Assembly: GCA_028280605.1 (NCBI GenBank)
Contig: JANQLL010000143.1
Span: forward strand, 4,218-68,217
DNA: 64,000 nt
Source: Candidatus Gastranaerophilales bacterium
GTDB lineage: Bacteria; Cyanobacteriota; Vampirovibrionia; Gastranaerophilales; JANQFW01
Reading direction: 5' to 3'
The position numbers and the translations under genes were made by a program. Shown here in pieces: positions 45,947 through 54,927 of this stretch (positions are counted from its first letter, which is position 1; each line of letters begins with the position of its first letter). Below the pieces are notes generated by a model. It worked only from the letters and a program-made list of their open reading frames with translations. It was not told where the DNA came from and did no database searches.

Positions 45947-45959
45947 TTTTGTTTACATT
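45947..45959. promoter_or_regulatory. perfect 13-nt palindrome AAATGTAACATTT upstream of P2
   Basis: The same 13-mer is at 47245-47257 upstream of P3, and a degenerate copy is at 49903-49915. Confidence 0.45.
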
Positions 45960-46078
45960 TGCAAAAAACACTGACAATTATATTTATGTTTCTGGTTATT
46001 ATAGTTAGAATAAAGTCAATAAAAAATAAGTATAAATAAATAATGAAGAAGAAGTAAGATAAGAAGGGAAGAATCCAA

Positions 46079-47179
46079 ATGTCTATCAATCTAGGAATGA
46101 TTGGGGCTAAGAGATCTATAAGCTTTAAAGGTGCTAGCTCAGCTCCAAGTGATCAAGAGTTGAAAAGAATGGGAAAAGGTTCAGCTTCTGGTTCAGCGGG
46201 GTTATCACGTACTAATTCAGCTCCAACTGCAGCTGAATTAGCAAGAAAGACAACACCTAAATCCCCAGAGAAACTTGTAGGTGATTTTTTCAAAGGAGTT
46301 GAGAAATCAGCAAAAAAAGCGTCACCCAAAAAGATTATTGAAAATATTTTAAATGGATTAGATAAAGAAGAAGCAAGAACTTTAGCAAGAAAGACAACAC
46401 CTAAATCCCCAGAGAAACTTGTAGGTGATTTTTTCAAAGGAGTTGAGAAAACAGCAGCAAGAAACTCACCAGAAGCTTTAGCAAAGATAAAGGCAAGAAA
46501 ATTTGCAAAAAAACTAACACCGAAGTCTCCAGAGAAACTTGTAGGTAAATTTTTTGAAGGAATTGAGAATCCTCCAAAGTCAATATCAAAGCCATCGAAT
46601 GAAAGACTTGTAGGTGAATTTTTTGAAGGAGTTGCTGCTTTAGAAAAAAGAGAAGCCAAAATAGCAGCTAAAAAAGCTAAAGCTGAAGCAGGAAGGAAAG
46701 CTAAAGCCGAGGCAGGAAAAGTCGCCAGGGAAGCAGCAAAAATATCCCCAGAGGCGATTGCAAAAAGAGAAGCAAGAAAGTTGGCAAAAGAGGCAGCAAA
46801 GAATCCAGAAGTAATAGATGCAGCTGCAACACATGTTGGTCAATTATTTAAAGGTGTAGAATCACAAGTTGCAGCGGAAAATATGGCTAAAAATATTAAT
46901 ACAATTTATGGTGCTCAGACCGGAATTGCTGAATGTACTGGGAAAATACCTAAAGCATCCAATGGGCCAAAGGGAATGGGTGGATCTTCGCTCCCAGCAA
47001 GGAAGAATGCAGTAAAAGCTGCCGGTGAAACAGCTGGAAATGTTGCTAAAGGTAAAGGCGGATGGATTGCTGCAGGTGTAGTAGGAGGATTGGTGTTAGC
47101 CGGTGGTCTTACAGCATACTTTATGAATAGATCCCACAAAAACCCTGAGCAACAATCAAACCCAACCCAACAAGCATAG
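46079..47179 (+). CDS. FKG-motif family protein P2 (five LVG.FF(K/E)G(V/I)E repeats, Lys/Ala-rich helix, C-terminal anchor)
   Basis: MSINLGMIGAKRSISFKGASSAP, repeats ARKTTPKSPEKLVGDFFKGVEK, the anchor WIAAGVVGGLVLAGGLTAYF, and the tail EQQSNPTQQA. Confidence 0.65.
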   Translation: MSINLGMIGAKRSISFKGASSAPSDQELKRMGKGSASGSAGLSRTNSAPTAAELARKTTPKSPEKLVGDFFKGVEKSAKKASPKKIIENILNGLDKEEARTLARKTTPKSPEKLVGDFFKGVEKTAARNSPEALAKIKARKFAKKLTPKSPEKLVGKFFEGIENPPKSISKPSNERLVGEFFEGVAALEKREAKIAAKKAKAEAGRKAKAEAGKVAREAAKISPEAIAKREARKLAKEAAKNPEVIDAAATHVGQLFKGVESQVAAENMAKNINTIYGAQTGIAECTGKIPKASNGPKGMGGSSLPARKNAVKAAGETAGNVAKGKGGWIAAGVVGGLVLAGGLTAYFMNRSHKNPEQQSNPTQQA

Positions 47180-47208
47180 TAAACAATCAAAAAAATAATA
47201 TATACAAA

Positions 47209-47234
47209 AGCAGGCTAATCTTACAGCCTGCTTT
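47209..47234 (+). terminator. intrinsic terminator after P2
   Basis: Stem agcaggct/agcctgct followed by a T-run; identical hairpin at 48346-48373. Confidence 0.7.
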
Positions 47235-47244
47235 AAATATTAAC

Positions 47245-47257
47245 AAATGTAACATTT
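47245..47257. promoter_or_regulatory. palindrome AAATGTAACATTT upstream of P3
   Basis: Identical to 45947-45959. It is followed by a conserved ~100-nt leader (ttatgttt.tggttattata.ttagaataaag). Confidence 0.45.
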
Positions 47258-47383
47258 CTTCTATGATTTAAAATAAGTCTAACAACAATACTTATGTTTT
47301 TGGTTATTATATTTAGAATAAAGCTAGTAAAAAGTAATATAAATAAAAACAATAATAATAAAAGAAAGACGGGAAGGATACAA

Positions 47384-48316
47384 ATGTCAATTAGTTCAGT
47401 AAAAACAGGCTGTGCAAGGCAATCAATTCAGTTTAAAGGGGCTCAACAGTCAAAGCAAGTAGATAATCAAAATAACGGCAAAAGAGCAGCTATTGTAGCT
47501 GGTAGTACAGTAGCTGGAGCAGCAACTGGTACAGCAGTTCCTTATTTTGTTACAAGGAAGTCAATGAAAAAAACTGAAGAGGCTGCAAATAAGCAAATTA
47601 CGCAAGCTGCTAATGATTTACTTAATAATGATCAAAAGGCCGTTTCTGCCATACTTTGTGACTCTGAAAATTTTGCTGTTAATGTCATTGATAATGGTAA
47701 AAATAAATCTATTAATGTGAAGCCAAACGCAGGGGTTTTAGAACAAATTAGTCAAAATTGTTCCCATAATGACCTGAAGGCATCCGCAAGTACGATTGAA
47801 GAAGCCTTTAATAAAGTAAATCTTAGTGAATTCGCAGAAGGTCCTGTTTCATTAGGTAATAAGCAATTTCAGCAAATGTGTACTAGTTTAGTTGAAAATG
47901 AGTCAAATAAAAAAGTCAGGAACGCATTGCAGTACATTGATGATTACACTCTTAAGATTGTAAATAATGGTGAAAAAAAGGTTATTAAATTAGTTCCTAC
48001 AGAAGAGGCAATTCAGAGTAGCAAACGTTACTATAAGAAAGACGTATTATTATCTGCAAGTGAACTTGGTGAAGCCTTAACTGAAAATTTAAACCTTGAT
48101 AAATTAAAAGAGGGATCAATTACCTTCACCGAAACAATTATAGATGGAGCTAAAGAACTCTCCGCCAAAGGTGCTAAGGCTGCAGGGAACGCTTCTCATA
48201 TAGTGGCAGGTGTTGCTGGTGGTGCAATGGTTGGTCTTGGTGCGTTAGCTTTAGCAGCTTTTTTAACTCGCAAAAAAACATCAAACGCTGAGCAACAACC
48301 AACCCAACAAGCATAG
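47384..48316 (+). CDS. FKG-motif family protein P3 (two ~65-aa internal repeats, C-terminal anchor)
   Basis: MSISSVKTGCARQSIQFKGAQQ, AAIVAGSTVAGAATGTAVPYF, the anchor VAGVAGGAMVGLGALALAAF, and the tail EQQPTQQA. ATG at 47384 has a GGAAGGA RBS. Confidence 0.65.
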   Translation: MSISSVKTGCARQSIQFKGAQQSKQVDNQNNGKRAAIVAGSTVAGAATGTAVPYFVTRKSMKKTEEAANKQITQAANDLLNNDQKAVSAILCDSENFAVNVIDNGKNKSINVKPNAGVLEQISQNCSHNDLKASASTIEEAFNKVNLSEFAEGPVSLGNKQFQQMCTSLVENESNKKVRNALQYIDDYTLKIVNNGEKKVIKLVPTEEAIQSSKRYYKKDVLLSASELGEALTENLNLDKLKEGSITFTETIIDGAKELSAKGAKAAGNASHIVAGVAGGAMVGLGALALAAFLTRKKTSNAEQQPTQQA

Positions 48317-48345
48317 TAAACAATAAAAAAAATAATATATACAAA

Positions 48346-48373
48346 AGCAGGCTAATCTTACAGCCTGCTTTTT
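48346..48373 (+). terminator. intrinsic terminator after P3
   Basis: Same hairpin as after P2, followed by a T-run. Confidence 0.7.
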
Positions 48374-48476
48374 AAATTAAATAAATATAAGAGAAGTTTG
48401 AATAAAATTTAAATTCCCACCTTGAAAAAATCCCACAATGGGTTATAATGATATCATAAAAAATGGAGGATAAACC

Positions 48477-48749
48477 ATGGCTGCAGTTGAAAAATATTTG
48501 AGACCTGACTCAAAAGGGAGAATTACTCTAGGTAGTCTCGCAAAAAATGTTAGTAGCTACAAAGCCTACTTTAATGAAGATGGCTCTATTACACTGGAAC
48601 CTCAAGTGGAAATCCCGGCTAAAGAAGCTTGGTTATATCAAAATAAAGAAGCAATTGAAGCCGTTAAAGAAGGTTTGCAGGATGCTTCCTCGGGTAATGT
48701 TAAAAAACGTGGAAGCTTTGCAGTGTATGTGGAAAGTGAAGAGGATTAA
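48477..48749 (+). CDS. AbrB/SpoVT-fold antitoxin-like protein
   Basis: DSKGRITLGSLAK swapped-hairpin motif; 90 aa; its stop overlaps the start of the downstream toxin gene. Confidence 0.6.
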   Translation: MAAVEKYLRPDSKGRITLGSLAKNVSSYKAYFNEDGSITLEPQVEIPAKEAWLYQNKEAIEAVKEGLQDASSGNVKKRGSFAVYVESEED

Positions 48750-49045
48750 TGTCATTTGAATTACTTTTTACAGATCGTGCTGACTCTGATTTAAAAAAGC
48801 TGGAGTCAAATAAAAGCCTAAAAAAACGACTAAATGCAGTGAGAAAAACTCTTGGCTACCCGGAAGTCAATCCAAGACACCAGAGTCTCAATACTCATGA
48901 ATTTACTTCATTGACAAAAGCATACGGTTTCAAGATATATGAAGCCTATGCGGAAAATAATACCCCCGCCGCATACAGAATATTCTGGTATTATGGGCCT
49001 GACAAGCGTCAAATAACAATTATAGCTATTACTCCTCATCCTTAA
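48749..49045 (+). CDS. RelE/ParE-superfamily toxin-like protein
   Basis: 98 aa, C-terminal YRIFWYYGPDKRQITIIAITPHP pattern typical of RelE/ParE-fold toxins; overlapping TAATG junction with the antitoxin. Confidence 0.6.
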   Translation: MSFELLFTDRADSDLKKLESNKSLKKRLNAVRKTLGYPEVNPRHQSLNTHEFTSLTKAYGFKIYEAYAENNTPAAYRIFWYYGPDKRQITIIAITPHP

Positions 49046-49184
49046 TATTGTGATGCATTGTAAACTTTTTTATAACTTTCCCGCCAAACCTATCAACTTT
49101 ATTTATGTTTAAAGTTAAATAAATAGTGAGCAGATTTTTTATAAGCCACCCATCGGAGCTTTTAAACTAGGAGAATTAAAAATA

Positions 49185-49868
49185 ATGATACATACAAACA
49201 AGTCAGCACAACCAATAAGATTCGCATCAAATCAACATCAAACCGGCGATAGAAAAAGTTCCATGGGTAAATACCTTGCAACAGGCGCAGCTGGTGGAGT
49301 AATAGGTGCAGGTACCAGTTATAAAATGAGCTCAGTCAAGGGTGACAAATTTTTAAAGGAAGTAGGCGATGTTATTAAAAAAGAGAACTTCGCCAAAACT
49401 TTAGGCATTACAAAGGCAGGAAACTCAACTACCTTAGAAATTGTAGAAAATACAGCTGCAAAACCAGAAGCTACAAATATTTTTAAAAAGGCTTATCTCA
49501 AATTATTCCCTCAAAAACAAATGGAATTCCGGTTGGGAGACAAAAAAGCTAAGGATGCTCTAAATAAAGGTCTAAGCCATATGCTGGGCGATGTTCAACA
49601 GGCTGCAAAGTTAACAGTGACAAATAAAACTGCTGTGCAAAAGTCGCACGGTATTGGTGGAATGTTTAATTGGGTTAAAAACATCTTTAACAAGTCCGCA
49701 CCTAAGACAGAACAAATCTTTGAAGTTGCCGGTAAATCAAATGCCAATCCAATAAAATTAAATAAGCATGCGTGGGCTTATTCAGGAACAGGTGCAGTAA
49801 CAGGTGTAGGTGCAGGCCTGTTAATTACAGGCTTGGCAGCCCTAAAGAAAAGCAAATCAGAAAATTAA
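49185..49868 (+). CDS. FKG-motif family protein P4 (divergent)
   Basis: SAQPIRFASNQ, LATGAAGGVIGAGTSY, and the C-terminal anchor GAVTGVGAGLLITGLAAL. Confidence 0.55.
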   Translation: MIHTNKSAQPIRFASNQHQTGDRKSSMGKYLATGAAGGVIGAGTSYKMSSVKGDKFLKEVGDVIKKENFAKTLGITKAGNSTTLEIVENTAAKPEATNIFKKAYLKLFPQKQMEFRLGDKKAKDALNKGLSHMLGDVQQAAKLTVTNKTAVQKSHGIGGMFNWVKNIFNKSAPKTEQIFEVAGKSNANPIKLNKHAWAYSGTGAVTGVGAGLLITGLAALKKSKSEN

Positions 49869-50377
49869 TAATATAATATTTTGGATTTAGTCTATTGTAA
49901 AGAAATGTTACTTTTGTCGCATTTAGCACTTTTTTGACTGCAAATATTTTTAAAAAGATGTTATTATATATATTAAGTATATATTTATCGGTTTATATAA
50001 ATTTTAAAAACCAGAAAGAGAATAAAGGGATGTATTGATATGAAATTATCACAATACACAAAAACTTTATTATCTGTTTTGTGGAATATAATGACATTCC
50101 TATGCTCCTCAATTTCACTAAACAATACTACAGAAAAGAAAACACCTTTTTTTCCTGATTTTGTGCTTATTGATAATTATTTATTTTCTATATATAAGAT
50201 TCTAAAAGAATTAATAAATAAAAAAATATTAAAAAATAAAAATAATACCACTGCCGAAACATCGGTAGTGCCAAACAATATATATAAAAATAAAAATTCT
50301 GTATCAAGCAGAATAAATACTAATAATATAATAATAAATCAAGCACAACAATGTGTGAATTTGTTATATATCAAGAA

Positions 50378-50432
50378 GTTAAAGGATGCGCTAGCCACGC
50401 AAATCTTAATTTCAAAACAGTACACTTTTCGC
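50378..50432 (+). repeat. R2 dispersed repeat (gcgctagccacgc core)
   Basis: gttaaaggatgcgctagccacgcaaatcttaatttcaaaacagtaca is matched at 58867-58926. Confidence 0.55.
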
Positions 50433-50748
50433 ATGAAGGATAAGTGTGCCTATTTTTCCCCTTTTGCTATGCAAGATTATCATTGCCTTTATATTTTTTA
50501 ATTTTTACGCAACATACAATTGAATAATTTTTTTTCGTCTCTTTAAGGCTAAAGGAGCGGGATATTCTAATGGAAAACATTTTATTGCGCTTATAGAATC
50601 TATTTTTAGTATCTAATTAAGCGTAAATTTTTTTTTACTTAGCAATTTTTTTTATGTTTCTGTTTTATATTTATGAAATCATTATTTTGTACAAAGTAAT
50701 AATAAATTTTTATAATAAATGGAGTAAAGTAAATAAGGGAGTAATATT

Positions 50749-51240
50749 ATGACTAGTATGCCACCACAACCATTGCCTCCATTGGCGCAATTAGCCCAAT
50801 GCTCGCAATCTCCTGAGCCTGGCGCTATAAGACAGATGCAACAACCACAATTAAGTCCGCAAGATATGCAAGATATGATTATTGCAGCTCAAGCAATGCA
50901 ACAAATGCAAGGCGGTGAACCTCCGGCAATACCGGCAGGAGCTATTAAAATGCCAAAGCAATCTATAATACCAATGCTTATAGCAGGTGCTGGCGTTATA
51001 GGTGGTGGTGTGCTTGGTTTTGCTTCAAAAGGCAAAGGGCAATTTGCCCGGTTTTTAAGAGATGCCGGCAGAACGGGTGTAGGTGCAGTAATTGGTGGAG
51101 CTATCGGTATGATTGGCGCGTCAGTAGTAGCCAGAAATATGGCTATGAAGCAATTGAAAGCTATGGATAAAATGCTTGCAGGAATGCAAGGGGTGCCTCA
51201 GCAGCTACCCAACTCGACACAACAACCTCCACAAAGGTAA
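50749..51240 (+). CDS. Q/P-rich protein with two Gly-zipper membrane segments (loosely related to P1-P4)
   Basis: PMLIAGAGVIGGGVLGF and GVGAVIGGAIGMIGASVV; Q/P-rich termini. Confidence 0.55.
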   Translation: MTSMPPQPLPPLAQLAQCSQSPEPGAIRQMQQPQLSPQDMQDMIIAAQAMQQMQGGEPPAIPAGAIKMPKQSIIPMLIAGAGVIGGGVLGFASKGKGQFARFLRDAGRTGVGAVIGGAIGMIGASVVARNMAMKQLKAMDKMLAGMQGVPQQLPNSTQQPPQR

Positions 51241-51409
51241 TAATATCAGGCTATTATATTATTAAAAATATATACAGACAAGCAAAGAGTAGGTTTATAC
51301 CTGCTCTTTGTTGATACTGTATTAAAATTTAACAATTTGTCTGCCTACTTGCCTCAAAAGTATTTTAATCATAAAATTATTATGAAATTATTGTTGATAA
51401 GGGAATGTT

Positions 51410-52543
51410 ATGAAAAAAGAACTGTATGAAAATTCTAAAACTTACACAATAGAAGAAATAAACAGTATTGTAGGCGGTATACTTAATAAAGTTGAGGAAA
51501 ACATCAAAATTAACAGGATCGCATCCCCGGTTGATGCGGATGAAAATACATTAGCGCTTGCATTTGAGGAAAGATTTATAGAAAGCCTGCCTCATACCAA
51601 AGCAAAGGTTGCACTGGTACCTTTAGGCGTGTCTCTTGACAATATCTCAACAATAGAAGTAGAACGCCCTAAACTGGCAATGATGAAGATTTTACATCTT
51701 TTTTATGTACCACCTGATGCACATACAGGCATTCATCCTTCAGCAATAGTGCATCCTGATGCAAAATTGGGTAATGATGTATCAATAGGGCCAAATGTAG
51801 TGATAGGGCGTGGAGCTGTTATAGGTGATAATACAAAAGTATTGGCAAATGTATATATAGGCAAGTTCGCTGAAGTTAAGAAAAATTGTTTGTTATATCC
51901 CGGTGTTTACGTGGGTGATTGCATAGAAATCGGTAATAATGTTATAATACACAATGGCGCAAGCATTGGGGCGGATGGTTATAGCTTTGTCACAGAAACA
52001 CCAAGCAATGTAGAAACGGCCAAAAAAGAAGGCAAAGTCGGTGATGATGCTACGCAGCAAAAAATATATAAAGTACCTTCACTTGGTGCAGTAACTATAG
52101 CTGATGATGTTGAAATTGGTGCAAATGCTGCTATAGATAGAGGTACTATTGAAAATACGTATATTGGTAAAGGCACTAAAATAGATAACCTTGTCCAAAT
52201 TGGACATAACTGCATTGTTGGCGAAAATTGTTTAATAATTTCTCAAGCTGGTGTTTCAGGTAGTGTCAAGCTTGGTGATAGAGTTGTTTTGGCAGGGCAA
52301 GCCGGCATTGTTGATCATCTTGAAATAGGCAGTGACAGTATTATTATGGCAAAATCAGGTGTTACAAAAAACTTGCCCGATAAGAGTATAGTAATGGGTA
52401 CACCTGCAATACCCCGTAAAGAGTTTGTTAAGCAAATCAAAAATGTTAAAGAGCTTGATGTAGTGTTAAAAGAAATTAAAAAGTTTAAAAAAGATTTTGA
52501 TTCAATAAGAGAAAGCTTAAATATCGAAAATGTTGAGGTTTAA
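51410..52543 (+). CDS. lpxD: UDP-3-O-acylglucosamine N-acyltransferase
   Basis: Left-handed beta-helix hexapeptide repeats, IHPSAIVHPDAKLG start of the repeat domain, and lpxD-lpxC-fabZ-lpxA synteny. Confidence 0.9.
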   Translation: MKKELYENSKTYTIEEINSIVGGILNKVEENIKINRIASPVDADENTLALAFEERFIESLPHTKAKVALVPLGVSLDNISTIEVERPKLAMMKILHLFYVPPDAHTGIHPSAIVHPDAKLGNDVSIGPNVVIGRGAVIGDNTKVLANVYIGKFAEVKKNCLLYPGVYVGDCIEIGNNVIIHNGASIGADGYSFVTETPSNVETAKKEGKVGDDATQQKIYKVPSLGAVTIADDVEIGANAAIDRGTIENTYIGKGTKIDNLVQIGHNCIVGENCLIISQAGVSGSVKLGDRVVLAGQAGIVDHLEIGSDSIIMAKSGVTKNLPDKSIVMGTPAIPRKEFVKQIKNVKELDVVLKEIKKFKKDFDSIRESLNIENVEV

Positions 52544-52546
52544 TCA

Positions 52547-53359
52547 ATGATAACATTGAATAAAGAAATAGAATTAAAGGGCACCTGCCTGATGGACGGC
52601 AAAGAATCAATTGTTAAAATTATACCGTCTGATAAAAAGGGTATCTCTTTTTATCCTGCTAATTCTAATGTAGAAATAGAAGCAAAACCTCAAAATGTTA
52701 TATCTACTCAGCACTGCGTTGTCTTGGGTAAAGAAAGCCAGCATATAAAGTTAGTTGAGCATTTTATGGCAGCTTGCGCATTTGCCGGGATACAAGGACT
52801 TAATGTTTATACATCATCTAATGAAATGCCGATATTTGATGGCAGTTCTAAGGTATGGCTTGAAGAATTTAATAAAGCCGGTCTAACTAGTCAAGTATCA
52901 TCAGAGATGATTGATATTGCGAGTCCCGTATATGTGCAGTCTGATGACTCAAGTGTGGTTATGCTACCGGCTAATAGTTTTAAGATTACATATTGTGTGT
53001 ATTTTAATCATAAAGACTATATTAACAGATGGTATACCTGGGATCACTCAAAATCCAGTGATGAAATAGCAAATGCAAGAACTTTTGGGTACTTAAGAGA
53101 TCTGGAAAAATTCCAGAAAGCTGGTTTCTCTCTTGGTGTTACAAAAGACAATACAATAGGTTTAACTGATGATGGTGGTTATACCACAGAACTACGCTTT
53201 GATATGGAACCAATAAAGCATAAAATATTGGATTTGATAGGTGATTTATATTTAACAGGTATTAATCCGCTTAATATAAAAGCCAATATTATTGCTACGT
53301 TAGCTGGACATAATTTACATGTTGAGGCGGCTAAGAAATTAATGGAGGCGATGAGGTAA
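52547..53359 (+). CDS. lpxC: UDP-3-O-acyl-N-acetylglucosamine deacetylase
   Basis: LVEHFMAAC, TFGYLRDLE and IKHKILDLIGDLYL motifs. Confidence 0.9.
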   Translation: MITLNKEIELKGTCLMDGKESIVKIIPSDKKGISFYPANSNVEIEAKPQNVISTQHCVVLGKESQHIKLVEHFMAACAFAGIQGLNVYTSSNEMPIFDGSSKVWLEEFNKAGLTSQVSSEMIDIASPVYVQSDDSSVVMLPANSFKITYCVYFNHKDYINRWYTWDHSKSSDEIANARTFGYLRDLEKFQKAGFSLGVTKDNTIGLTDDGGYTTELRFDMEPIKHKILDLIGDLYLTGINPLNIKANIIATLAGHNLHVEAAKKLMEAMR

Positions 53360-53364
53360 AAAGA

Positions 53365-53826
53365 ATGGCTGAAACTGAAACTCAAGAAATATTACAAATG
53401 GATGTTATGGAAATAATGAAATTAATTCCGCATAGATATCCGTTTTTATTAGTAGATAGAATAACCGAATGTGCACCTGGTAAGTATGTTAAAGGTTATA
53501 AGAACGTAACTTTTAACGAAGAATTTTTTCAAGGGCATTTTCCTAATAATCCTATTATGCCTGGGGTTTTAATGATAGAAGCTCTAGCTCAAATAAGCAG
53601 TGGGATTATTATGACACTACCACAATATAAAGAAAAATTGCTATTATTCGCAGGTATAGACGGGGTTAGATTCAAAAGAATTGTAAGGCCCGGCGATAAA
53701 CTTGATTTATATGCTGAAGTGTTAAGGTTAAAAGGCCTAATCTGTAAGGCAAAATGTCGTGCTTCTGTAGATGGCGAACTTGTGACAGAAGCAGATTTAA
53801 TGTTTTCCGTACAAGACATACCGTAA
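53365..53826 (+). CDS. fabZ: 3-hydroxyacyl-ACP dehydratase FabZ
   Basis: LIPHRYPFLLVDRI, GHFP.NPIMPGVLMIEALAQ. Confidence 0.95.
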   Translation: MAETETQEILQMDVMEIMKLIPHRYPFLLVDRITECAPGKYVKGYKNVTFNEEFFQGHFPNNPIMPGVLMIEALAQISSGIIMTLPQYKEKLLLFAGIDGVRFKRIVRPGDKLDLYAEVLRLKGLICKAKCRASVDGELVTEADLMFSVQDIP

Positions 53827-53861
53827 ACAAACAGCGTTAACTAACTTGAAGGATAACTATA

Positions 53862-54662
53862 ATGTCTAATATACATCCAAGTGCAATAATTGATCCTACA
53901 GCACAAATAGGGGAAGGGGTGTCAATAGGACCCTATGCAGTAATTGGTCCAGAGGTTAAACTCGGTGATGGTGTTCAAATATATCCGAATGCCTATGTTG
54001 AGCATTCTAAGATAGGAAAAAATACCATGATAGCTAATGGGGCTATTGTAGGCACGCCACCTCAAGATTATAGATATAAGGGCGAAAAGAGTAATGTTAT
54101 TATTGGTGAAAACTGTCAAATAAGAGAACATGCTACAATAAATAGAGGTACCGGCGAGAATACCTCTACGGTGATTGGTGATAATTGCATACTTATGATA
54201 GGTTCGCACGTTGCGCATAATTGCTTGATTGGTAATAACGTTAGTTTGGCAAATCTTGTATCGGTTGCAGGGCACGTAACATTAGAAGATCATGTCTTTA
54301 TTGGTGGAACAGTTGTTCTACATCAGTTTGTAAGAGTAGGTAAAATGGTAATTATGGGAGGTTTCTCCGGCACCAGACAAGATATCCCTCCTTTTGCAAA
54401 AACTGATGGCAGGCCAGCCGGAATAATTGGTATTAATACTATTGGTTTAAAAAGATGTGGTCTTTCACTTGAAGAGAGAACCAATTTAAAAAAAGCGTTT
54501 AATTTAATCTGGTTTTCAGATTATAATACACAGTCTGCTCTTGAAAAAATCAAAGACGAAATACCTACAAATGAGCATATTGAGCATTTGATTAATTTTA
54601 TTCAAACAAGCAAGCGTGGTGTAACAAAGCTTAGAGGCAAGCAAGGATACGAAGCTGGTTAA
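53862..54662 (+). CDS. lpxA: acyl-ACP--UDP-N-acetylglucosamine O-acyltransferase
   Basis: IHPSAIIDPTAQIGEGVSIGPY hexapeptide repeats; GSHVAHNC; C-terminal helical domain. Confidence 0.9.
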   Translation: MSNIHPSAIIDPTAQIGEGVSIGPYAVIGPEVKLGDGVQIYPNAYVEHSKIGKNTMIANGAIVGTPPQDYRYKGEKSNVIIGENCQIREHATINRGTGENTSTVIGDNCILMIGSHVAHNCLIGNNVSLANLVSVAGHVTLEDHVFIGGTVVLHQFVRVGKMVIMGGFSGTRQDIPPFAKTDGRPAGIIGINTIGLKRCGLSLEERTNLKKAFNLIWFSDYNTQSALEKIKDEIPTNEHIEHLINFIQTSKRGVTKLRGKQGYEAG

Positions 54663-54726
54663 TGTTTTAGTAAATAAAAATAAAAAATTAAGAAATGAGA
54701 ATGGTTGTCGCTTGGGCAATCATTAC

Positions 54727-54927
54727 TTATAAGTTAACATTAAATTCAATAGCGATCTTTTTTACTTTTTTTATAATTTCAGGGTCGTCTAAGTGGTGTT
54801 CATCATAATTAGTTACATTTATACCCTTTAGTTCGAACTTTGATATTATTTTATCCTTTATAACAACATTGCCTTTAGCACTTTTATCGATGATTTTATC
54901 TATCATTTTTTTTATTAGGCCAGGCAT
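54727..54927 (-). CDS. small hypothetical protein (66 aa)
   Basis: ORF with AGGAAG-like RBS; no recognised motif. Confidence 0.3.
   Translation of the reverse strand: MPGLIKKMIDKIIDKSAKGNVVIKDKIISKFELKGINVTNYDEHHLDDPEIIKKVKKIAIEFNVNL

Noticed and set aside
45286-46843. Antisense ORFs 45286..45696, 46153..46659 and 46640..46843 (and similar ones at 3304..3669, 7326..7559, 10150..10437, 23847..24197, 53922..54275, 57537..57866)
   Set aside because: These are shadow ORFs on the opposite strand of well-supported genes. Their composition is driven by the sense-strand repeats, and they have no RBS or motifs.
50040-50501. 153-aa ORF in the track
   Set aside because: It is extremely AT-rich and low-complexity (Asn/Lys/Ile), has no RBS, and contains a copy of dispersed repeat R2. 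It is most likely non-coding intergenic DNA.
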